From contig CAZUNO010000003.1 in the NCBI GenBank assembly GCA_964621445.1, forward strand, positions 64,001-128,000: a stretch of 64,000 nucleotides of DNA, written 5' to 3'. Origin of the DNA: Candidatus Hadarchaeota archaeon. Lineage in GTDB: Archaea; CAYQAE01; CAYVLA01. The notes beneath the pieces were generated by a model, which was not told the origin of the DNA, searched no databases, and was given only the letters and a program-made list of their open reading frames with translations. Position numbers and translations under genes: made by a program. Of the stretch, positions 28,388-36,471 are shown piece by piece (within the stretch, counting starts at the first letter, position 1; the number at the start of each line of letters is the position of its first letter).

Positions 28388-28495
28388 ATGCTCCAAGTTT
28401 TCGGCAACGTAGGGGTCGTGCTGGCCCTCATATCCGGCGGGATCGCAATCCTCAGCTTGGTGTTGATTCTCTACTTCGCCAAGTTTGTACCCTGA
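28388..28495 (+). CDS. 35-aa single-TM microprotein (not in ORF track)
   Basis: MLQVFGNVGVVLALISGGIAILSLVLILYFAKFVP; GAGGTG RBS about 8 nt upstream; T-rich TATA-like element near 28345. Confidence 0.6.
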   Translation: MLQVFGNVGVVLALISGGIAILSLVLILYFAKFVP

Positions 28496-28610
28496 TTCCG
28501 AGAGCTGGAACACCTCGCCAAAACGAGGATCCCCAACCGGTGCTATTTTAGGTACCTCGTAGTTCCCTATCCGATCGCGGGCAACCTCTTCTCTCTATCA
28601 ATTCGGGCCA

Positions 28611-30386
28611 TTGCCATGGAGTATTTTCATGAATAAATCTCCCAAAGGACCCTGTCTTAGCCTTTCGAGTTATATCACGGCTCAAGCCGTTTCCAAGCAC
28701 TTTTCGTCGCCCCCAGGTAGTGCTGATTCAATAGATCTATTGCAAAATTTGGGTATAACCCGGGCCTATGTCGAGTTTTACCGGGGAGGAATAACGATAC
28801 CGGAGGAACTCCTCAGGTCAACAAAATCTGCTCTTGAAGAGGCGGGAATACAAACCTCCGGGGGTATTGCCACCACTCATGGGAAGGGAGAGACCGAGGG
28901 ATCGACCGGAGCGAGCTTCTGGCTGTGCTTCACCTCCCGGAAGACCTCCAGATGTCTGGAGCAAGCGATTCGTATTGGGGCTAGGGTATTTGATCGTATA
29001 ATCGTCGACGACTTCCTATGCACCGATTGTACCTGTAGCAGGTGTAGATCAAGGAAAGGTAAGAGGGAATGGTCAGGTTTTCGACGATCCCTCCTTTCGT
29101 CCTTCGCGGAAGAGTACCTTATCGGGCCGGCCAAGGAGGAAAATCCAGAGGTTACGATGATCATAAAATACCCCCAGTGGTACGACCGATTCCATGTGTA
29201 TGGATATGACGTGGAGAGGGGGAGTGAAATTTTTGACGGGGTTTGGGTCGGAACGGAGATTAGGGACCCGAGGGTTGATTTCGTACACCAATACCAGGCG
29301 TTTTCCAACTATAGATACATTACATCGGTTGCTGGTGAAAAGGTGGGAGGAGCTTGGTTTGACCATCTTTGGTGCTACCCGGAGATATACCTTGAGCAGG
29401 CCTTTCAGAGCGTGCTAGCAGGGTCAAAAGAACTCGTGCTTTTCTCTTTCAGCCCACGAAGATACGACCTCCAAAATCCCAATACCAATACTCTGATTGA
29501 CAGGCGTGAACTTCTAAACAGGTTATGCACCGAGATTTCCGGGCTAACCCATCTAGGAGTCGAGGCATATAAACCCCATAACAGCGACCCGGGTACTGAA
29601 AATTACATTTTCGACTACCTGGGTATGCTGGGGATACCCACACTAGTCACCTCCTGTCGACCCAAAACCAGGAGCCTCATTTTAACTACCCACTCGTTAA
29701 GCGATCCCGACATCGAAAACTTCCTCCTAGACCTGGACTCTGGTTCAACTGTACTGGCCACCAGTGGATTCCTGGAGGGCGTTAAGGATAATGGTATGAT
29801 TCGACGCGCCTTCGGCCTTTCGGATCCTCCGGTGACAAGAAAGAGATTCTTCCCCTACCGCTTTACAGTTTCGGGAAGCGAGGTATGTGCCGAGGAACGC
29901 GTTCTATTCCGGTCTTTACTAAATACCGACGGGGCCCAGGTCCTAGCGACTGCTCACTGGGATGAAGATCACCCAACTTTGTCCATGAACCAGGAGGACG
30001 ACATTACATATGTCGGTGCCTGTCTTGACACCTATAGCTCCCAACCCTTTCACCCCTCTCCCAGCGTGACAACCGCAGAGCCTGTATCCCTGGTCCATCT
30101 GCCCGCGCCTTATGCCAACGCCCTTAGAGCCCCTCTATTGGACCCCTTGGGAATACGATTCCATGCACCGCCAAAGGTTGGGCTTTATGCGTTTTCTAAT
30201 CCAGGAGAAAACGAAATTTCCAAGCTCGTACTGGAGAACTTCGGAGATCAGGAGACTACCACAATCCTTGAACTTCCCAAATACATGCAACCAGTCCTGG
30301 ACAGATGCATGTGGGAAAGGGAAGGTCGAAAGCTTGAGGTCAAACTCCCAAGACGGGACATTGAACTGATGTCTCGCCAACCATGA
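28611..30386 (+). CDS. Glycoside hydrolase-like TIM-barrel protein of unknown function
   Basis: IVDDFLCTDCTCSRC, IIKYPQWYDRF, WVGTE.RDP, GAWFD; Cys cluster followed by a C-terminal domain reminiscent of GH42-like proteins (inference). Confidence 0.55.
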   Translation: MPWSIFMNKSPKGPCLSLSSYITAQAVSKHFSSPPGSADSIDLLQNLGITRAYVEFYRGGITIPEELLRSTKSALEEAGIQTSGGIATTHGKGETEGSTGASFWLCFTSRKTSRCLEQAIRIGARVFDRIIVDDFLCTDCTCSRCRSRKGKREWSGFRRSLLSSFAEEYLIGPAKEENPEVTMIIKYPQWYDRFHVYGYDVERGSEIFDGVWVGTEIRDPRVDFVHQYQAFSNYRYITSVAGEKVGGAWFDHLWCYPEIYLEQAFQSVLAGSKELVLFSFSPRRYDLQNPNTNTLIDRRELLNRLCTEISGLTHLGVEAYKPHNSDPGTENYIFDYLGMLGIPTLVTSCRPKTRSLILTTHSLSDPDIENFLLDLDSGSTVLATSGFLEGVKDNGMIRRAFGLSDPPVTRKRFFPYRFTVSGSEVCAEERVLFRSLLNTDGAQVLATAHWDEDHPTLSMNQEDDITYVGACLDTYSSQPFHPSPSVTTAEPVSLVHLPAPYANALRAPLLDPLGIRFHAPPKVGLYAFSNPGENEISKLVLENFGDQETTTILELPKYMQPVLDRCMWEREGRKLEVKLPRRDIELMSRQP

Positions 30387-30396
30387 GGCCCTTATC

Positions 30397-31875
30397 TTGA
30401 TGGGTAGCAAATCGACTAGTAAACTTAATCTAACCAAGGGGCCGATACTTCGGCCCTTATTTACTCTATCACTTCCGATAATGATTACCTATGGAATGCA
30501 AACGGCCTATAATGTGGCCGACACCTTCTGGCTAGGGCGGATTGGGGCCGAAGCTGTTGCTGCGCTGTCCATTGCCTGGCCGTTGATCTTTTTGCTAATT
30601 TCAATCGCCGGGGGACTGGCAGTGGCGGGAACCACTCTCGTGGCCCAATACACGGGTGCGGAGGACCAGGAAAGCGCTGATTTCGTGGCCGGGCAGATCC
30701 TCTTCCTCTTGCTTGCGGTAGGAATTGCCTTCAGTGCAGCCGGTTTCCTATTGGCAGAGACCCTTATGGAACTGATCGGAGCTCCGCCGGAGGTCCTGCC
30801 CCTGGCAACAACATATGTGAAAATAATTTTTGGGGGTATCGTCCTCATGTTTGGTTTTTACATATTCCAGTCCATAATCAGCGGTTGGGGGGACACGGTA
30901 ACTCCCATGAAGATCATGGTATTGTCCGCTACTTTGAATATAGTGCTCGATCCACTTCTCATATTCGGGGTGGGCCCCTTTCCGAGGATGGAGGTTGCGG
31001 GTGCAGCTGTGGCCACGGTTTTCGCTAGGGGCATTGGATCTCTCATAGGTTTCTATCTCCTGTTCTCGGGAAAGAAAGGAATAACCCTTCGGCTGGAAAA
31101 TATGAAACCAGATATGGAGACCCTTTCTCGCATCATCAGGATAGGCATTCCATCCTCCATTGAACAGTCAACCATGGCCCTGGGATTCACGTTCATGATG
31201 AGCATAGTGGCCGGTTTCGGGACCTATACCCTCGCCGCTTTTGGCATCGGCAACAGGATATCATCGGTAATTTTCATGCCTATGATGGGCTTCGCCACGG
31301 CAATTACCATCATGGTTGGCCAAAATCTGGGAGGAGAAAAGACCAAACGCGCGGAAAGAATTGGCTGGCTTGGGGCTGGTGCTATATTCCTGGGGATGAC
31401 CGTGGGCGGAGCACTCTGTTTCATCTTTTCGCAGGGGCTTGTGGGCATCTTTATCACCCAGGAAGATGAGGCGGTGATAGAGTTGGGATCCCAGTTCATC
31501 CGGATAATTGCCTTCGGCCTGGGTTTTGTGGGCGTTCTCCGTGTCCTCAACGGGGCGTTCCGAGGAGCCGGAGACACCATAACTGCGATGATCCTATCAA
31601 TACTATCCTTATGGGTCATCCGGCTGCCACTAGCATACGTGCTAGGGCCCCAGATGGGAACTGATGGCCTCTGGTTAGCGGTATTGATAGGAAATGTGGG
31701 AGGAGGCCTGGCGGCGGTTATAGTTTTTTGGCTTGGAAGATGGAAAAGGAAGTCCATCTCCGAGAGAGGATGGACCAAAACCCCAGCTCAACCAAGTCCA
31801 AATATTGATCCCCCGGGTGATGATTGCAAAAGCAATAAAACAGGCCCCGGGGAACTACGAGGTAATGAAACCTAG
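30397..31875 (+). CDS. MATE efflux transporter
   Basis: NLTKGPI..PL..LSLP, DTFWLGRIG, GDTVTPM, NIVLDPLLIFG; 12 TM segments. Confidence 0.93.
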   Translation: MMGSKSTSKLNLTKGPILRPLFTLSLPIMITYGMQTAYNVADTFWLGRIGAEAVAALSIAWPLIFLLISIAGGLAVAGTTLVAQYTGAEDQESADFVAGQILFLLLAVGIAFSAAGFLLAETLMELIGAPPEVLPLATTYVKIIFGGIVLMFGFYIFQSIISGWGDTVTPMKIMVLSATLNIVLDPLLIFGVGPFPRMEVAGAAVATVFARGIGSLIGFYLLFSGKKGITLRLENMKPDMETLSRIIRIGIPSSIEQSTMALGFTFMMSIVAGFGTYTLAAFGIGNRISSVIFMPMMGFATAITIMVGQNLGGEKTKRAERIGWLGAGAIFLGMTVGGALCFIFSQGLVGIFITQEDEAVIELGSQFIRIIAFGLGFVGVLRVLNGAFRGAGDTITAMILSILSLWVIRLPLAYVLGPQMGTDGLWLAVLIGNVGGGLAAVIVFWLGRWKRKSISERGWTKTPAQPSPNIDPPGDDCKSNKTGPGELRGNET

Positions 31876-32866
31876 AATAGGATACTGGGCACCGCTAGAG
31901 GGGTTCAGAGATCCCGTCAAGCTACTCGAACTGGCCTCCATGGCCGAGGATGTTGGGTTCCAGATCACCGGTGTGAGTGACCATTTTCATCCCTGGACTC
32001 ACACCAACTCCCACTCCATCTTCCCGTGGACCTGGATCGCATCCCTTTTGGAGAGGACACAGAGGACTATGGCCGGTACCGCCTGCACCACTCCAACTAT
32101 AAGATACCATCCAGGCATAGTGGCCCAGGCATTTGCCAGCATGGCTTCCATGTATCCAGGGCGATTGTTTCTCAGCGTGGGCACCGGGGAGAGGTTGAAT
32201 GAACAACCCTTAGGTTTTGAATGGCCCAAGTTCAAGCAGAGAAAGGCCAAGTTGGAGGAGGCCATCGAGATAATCAGGAGCCTGTGGACTGGTGAATTCG
32301 TGGATTTCGATGGAAATCATTACACCCTTAACCAGGCCAAGCTCTATGATGTTCCGGAAGATGAGATACCACTCATAATCGCGGCAAGCGGCAAGAAGAT
32401 GATACGAACGGCGGGCAGGCTAGGCGATGGAATACTGACCGTGGCCTCCATTCCGGATTTTAAGTCCTTTGTACTGCCAAATCTTGCCAAGGGGGCCAAG
32501 AAGGCCGGAAAAAGCCCCAAAGATCTAATCAAAATGGTGGAGTTGAAGGTTTCCTACGACCAGGACTTTGATCGCGCTCTCGATAAATGTCGTTTCTGGT
32601 CAACTACCGCAATTCATGGTCATATCGGTCGCTCCTCCGATCCCAGAGAATTCGAGGAGGTTGCCAAGGAAGAGGTCACGGATGAGAGACTGCAGGAGAT
32701 CTGGTTCATCTCAACGGAGATGGACGAAATCAGCAACAGGGTCAACGACTATGTACAGGCGGGATATGACTGGATCCTAGTTCATAGCTGCAGCCCGGAT
32801 GAGGAGAACTTTATATCCCGCTTTGGTGAGGAGGTTCTTCCCCGGGTAGAGGAGATGTCTTCGTAG
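31865..32866 (+). CDS. F420-dependent LLM-class oxidoreductase (G6PDH-like)
   Basis: SDHFHPW, RYHPGIVAQAFAS, GTGERLNE; start ATG 31865. Confidence 0.88.
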   Translation: MKPRIGYWAPLEGFRDPVKLLELASMAEDVGFQITGVSDHFHPWTHTNSHSIFPWTWIASLLERTQRTMAGTACTTPTIRYHPGIVAQAFASMASMYPGRLFLSVGTGERLNEQPLGFEWPKFKQRKAKLEEAIEIIRSLWTGEFVDFDGNHYTLNQAKLYDVPEDEIPLIIAASGKKMIRTAGRLGDGILTVASIPDFKSFVLPNLAKGAKKAGKSPKDLIKMVELKVSYDQDFDRALDKCRFWSTTAIHGHIGRSSDPREFEEVAKEEVTDERLQEIWFISTEMDEISNRVNDYVQAGYDWILVHSCSPDEENFISRFGEEVLPRVEEMSS

Positions 32867-32877
32867 GTGTTGAGGAT

Positions 32878-33957
32878 TTGGCCACCAGCAGGGAACGCTT
32901 CATTAAAGCCATCAGCCTGGAGGAACCAGACCGGGTACCCATATCCGATGTTGGTGTATCCCCCTCCGTGGTAGAACAGGCCCTAGGGACCAAACTTAGT
33001 TCCGAATATGAATGGGCGAAGGCGCTAGGTGACCTTGGCTTTGATATGGTTGTTTCCAGGCATCGCCTCCAAGGACATGGTCAGAACATACTGGGAGGCA
33101 CGCCACCCCAATGGGAGCCAGAATGGATCGACGACACCACCTACATGGGCGAATGGGGAGAGGTGAGGAAGGTCACCTCCGATATGGAATCCCCAGTGGA
33201 CGGCGTGATCGAGAGCCCAGAGGACCTCGAGGATTTTGAGATACCGGATCCCTACAAGGAAGGAAGGATCGACCCCGTTCTAGAGGCGGTGGAGGCACTG
33301 GGTGAGGACATCCCGGTCTTCGCCCTGTTACATGACGCCTTCGAACTTCCCTGGATGATGAGAGGAAGGATAGAGAAATTGGTATTGGATTATCACCGAA
33401 GGCCCCGTTTTGCCAAGAAAATGACCGAGATAGCAATCGATTTCAACATCGAAATGGCCAATATTCTCCTGGATGAGGGTGTAACCGGTATCGTCACCGG
33501 CGATGATTACGCCTTTGCCTCCGGACCCTTCATGACTCCCAAACATTTCAGGAAATTCATCTATCCCGGTCTTAGAAAATTGATCAGGGCCGTTCATTCC
33601 AAGGATGCTCCCTTTTTGAAGCATACCGATGGAAAAATATGGCCCATACTGGATGATATACTAGATGCCAAACCGGATATCCTGAATCCCATAGAAACCG
33701 AGGCAGGGATGGACCTAGCCCGGGTAAAGCAAGCCCACGGCCACCAGGTTGCACTGATGGGTAACGTTGACTGCGGCCCAATACTGCATTACGGGTCCAT
33801 CACCGATGTGGTGCATGATGTACGTAGATGCCTTAGGGATGGAGCACCCGGAGGCGGTTACATCCTAAGTTCGAGCAACACCATATACAGCGGCACCAAA
33901 CCCAAAAATATGATGACCATGATCGAAACCGCTAGAAAGATGGGCAAATACCGCTAA
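32878..33957 (+). CDS. Uroporphyrinogen decarboxylase family protein (MtaA/CmuA-like methyltransferase fold)
   Basis: EPDRVP, GDDYA, KHTDG, LMGNVDC, GGGYILSSSNTI. Confidence 0.85.
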   Translation: MATSRERFIKAISLEEPDRVPISDVGVSPSVVEQALGTKLSSEYEWAKALGDLGFDMVVSRHRLQGHGQNILGGTPPQWEPEWIDDTTYMGEWGEVRKVTSDMESPVDGVIESPEDLEDFEIPDPYKEGRIDPVLEAVEALGEDIPVFALLHDAFELPWMMRGRIEKLVLDYHRRPRFAKKMTEIAIDFNIEMANILLDEGVTGIVTGDDYAFASGPFMTPKHFRKFIYPGLRKLIRAVHSKDAPFLKHTDGKIWPILDDILDAKPDILNPIETEAGMDLARVKQAHGHQVALMGNVDCGPILHYGSITDVVHDVRRCLRDGAPGGGYILSSSNTIYSGTKPKNMMTMIETARKMGKYR

Positions 33958-33977
33958 TGCTTCATATGAGAAGACCC

Positions 33978-35312
33978 TCACCGTGGGGGCCACTGGTCAA
34001 AATCCGGTCTGGCCGAATCCCCGTCCTTTTCGTGCTCACGGGCCACCTCATCCAATAGCTCCTCTACCAATTCCGGTCTCCTGTCGGCCACATCAATGGT
34101 CTCATAGGGATCAGCCCTGAGGTTGTAAAGCTCGCAGGCCTCCGGCACCAGGCCTTTCTTTGCCACCATCTTCCAGTCCCCCCTTCTCAGCGCGAATCTC
34201 TCGTCCTTCAAGTTCCAGTACAGCGAGCGATCCTCCAACTCGACGACATCGCCCTCGAGAAGGGGCAATATGTTAATGCCGTCCCAATTTGGATCATCCT
34301 GAGGCTCTCCCAAGGCAAGGCGGGTCAGAGTGGGCATCCAGTCGGTTATACTTAAGGGGTAATCACACCTTCTGGGCTCCAGGTGGCCAGGCCAGGCAAC
34401 TAGGGTGGGAGTTCGTACGCCACCCTCGTAAAGCTGTCCTTTTTCCCCTCTTAGCGGGGAATTGTTACCAAGGCCTGGGGTCTCCCAGGCCCATCCCGGG
34501 TATCTATCCACCTCGCCATTATAGTAGTTAGTCCCCGCAGCCCCGTTATCTCCGCAGAATATGATTATAGTCCTTTCGAACTGTGAATTTTGTTTTAGGG
34601 TGTCAATTAGCCTCCCTACGCCACTATCCATATGACTTGCATACGCCGCATAGCGCTTCCAGGACCTGTCCATGGATTTGTCCTTACTGTAGCGATCATA
34701 CTCGTATTCGTTGAGCCAGCTAGCCGGGGCATCAACCGGCACGTGGACCGCTGTAAAGGGAACGTAACAGAACCAGGGCCCCTCCCGCCCATCAATCCAT
34801 CTGCATGCCTCCCGGACTATAAGGTCAGTCACGTGGCCCCTTTCCTCTATTCGTTCCCCGTCCCTATGCCAGGTATGGGAGTAATGTCCTCTCTTGTAGC
34901 GGTGATTATAAGGGTCCACCCCTCCAGCTAGGCTTCCATAAGAGGTATCAAATCCGTACTCGTTAGGGCAGAATCGTGGGTCCGATCCCAGGTGCCACTT
35001 GCCGAAAAGCCCGGTGTCATATCCAGCCTCCTTTAAGGAGCTGGCCAGAGTCGGATATTTATCGGGAAGTATGGGTCGATTTGACGGAACGGTGGCATGT
35101 GTACCAAAGCGGCCTGGATATCTCCCGGTCAGAAGGGAGACACGGGTTGGCGTACACACCGGGGCAACGTAGTGCTGGTCCAGCTCCACGCCGAAGGAGG
35201 CCAGACGGTCAATACTCGGGGTCCTGTTGATGGATCCATGGTAACCAACATCCCCCCAGCCCAGGTCGTCGGCCAAAATAAACAAAACGTTAGGTCTAAA
35301 TTCCCCATCCAT
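33978..35312 (-). CDS. Arylsulfatase (Cys-type, formylglycine-dependent)
   Basis: ILADDLGW, CTPTRVSLLTGRY, GKWHLG, DNG. Confidence 0.92.
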   Translation of the reverse strand: MDGEFRPNVLFILADDLGWGDVGYHGSINRTPSIDRLASFGVELDQHYVAPVCTPTRVSLLTGRYPGRFGTHATVPSNRPILPDKYPTLASSLKEAGYDTGLFGKWHLGSDPRFCPNEYGFDTSYGSLAGGVDPYNHRYKRGHYSHTWHRDGERIEERGHVTDLIVREACRWIDGREGPWFCYVPFTAVHVPVDAPASWLNEYEYDRYSKDKSMDRSWKRYAAYASHMDSGVGRLIDTLKQNSQFERTIIIFCGDNGAAGTNYYNGEVDRYPGWAWETPGLGNNSPLRGEKGQLYEGGVRTPTLVAWPGHLEPRRCDYPLSITDWMPTLTRLALGEPQDDPNWDGINILPLLEGDVVELEDRSLYWNLKDERFALRRGDWKMVAKKGLVPEACELYNLRADPYETIDVADRRPELVEELLDEVAREHEKDGDSARPDFDQWPPR

Positions 35313-35433
35313 GGTCTCTCATCTCCGCCTTCTGATCCTGCAGGACACGCATCCATAAATACTTCCCAGCGGAGGACGCTAACAATTCCCGAACAGAACA
35401 TATAAGCGTCTGAAATAGACCCATATCCCAGTC

Positions 35434-36471
35434 ATGGGCGTTCAATTAGGTACACTGGTACCAAAAAAGGATATGGCTCTCAAGGACATGAGGGCAAAAA
35501 CTCTTGCCGTTGATGCCAGCAGCATCATACACCAGTTTCTAGCCTTGGTAAGGTATCCTAGCGGAGTACCCCTGATGGACTCCGAGGGAAATATCACCTC
35601 AGGGCTTGCAGGCCTTTTCTACAGGTCCACGAAACTGATATACAGATATGGAATGGAGCTAATATTCATCTTTGATGGCAAGCCTCCCCAGCTCAAACTC
35701 TCGTGGCTCACGGAACGGGAAAGAAAGGAAAGAAGGGACAAATTTGAGAAAAGACTCAGGGAGTGGCGAACTGCCCTCCAGGAGGGAGACCTGAGCTCCG
35801 CATATTCAAAGGCGGTGACCACGGGCATGATCGACTCGGATATAATCGATGATGCCAAGAGACTGCTGTTTCTCCTTGGCATACCAGTGGTCCAGGCACC
35901 AGCAGAAGCCGAAGCCCAGGCATGCCACATATCCAGGACCAGTCGCGCATGGGCCGTCAATAGCCGGGACTTCGACTGCTTATTATTCAAGGCTCCAAGA
36001 ATGGCCAGATATGTGTCAATTGCCGGGGTTTACCGGGGCGTTGGAATGCCGAGCCGTCCCCAGCTAATTGAGTTGAAGCCTGTTCTCCGAAAATTTCGCA
36101 TAACCCATCCTCAACTTATCGATATGGCCATCCTGATGGGCACTGACTATAATCGAGGTTTAGAGGGCATCGGCCCCAGGAAATCTCTCCGTCTTATCCG
36201 GACATACGGAAGACTGGAGAACTTGCCCGATGAAATCTCAAAGGACCTTCCGCCCAACCTCCATCATATAAGAAACTCATTCCAAAAGCCAGAGATCGAC
36301 AGGGATTACTCCCTGGTTAGCGGAGAGTTTGACCCCCAGGGAATAGTCGATTTCCTATGTGATGAGAGAGATTTTAGCCCTAGGAGCGTTCGCTCCGCGC
36401 TCAAGAGGATATCAAGGGCCAGGACCGAGGGACATCAGGCCACCTTGGAACACTTCAGCGGTTTTGATTGA
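35434..36471 (+). CDS. fen: Flap endonuclease 1 family protein
   Basis: MGVQLG, AVDA, FDG, EAEAQ, SRDFD, GTDY, GIGP; PIP-like QATLEHF. Confidence 0.88.
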   Translation: MGVQLGTLVPKKDMALKDMRAKTLAVDASSIIHQFLALVRYPSGVPLMDSEGNITSGLAGLFYRSTKLIYRYGMELIFIFDGKPPQLKLSWLTERERKERRDKFEKRLREWRTALQEGDLSSAYSKAVTTGMIDSDIIDDAKRLLFLLGIPVVQAPAEAEAQACHISRTSRAWAVNSRDFDCLLFKAPRMARYVSIAGVYRGVGMPSRPQLIELKPVLRKFRITHPQLIDMAILMGTDYNRGLEGIGPRKSLRLIRTYGRLENLPDEISKDLPPNLHHIRNSFQKPEIDRDYSLVSGEFDPQGIVDFLCDERDFSPRSVRSALKRISRARTEGHQATLEHFSGFD

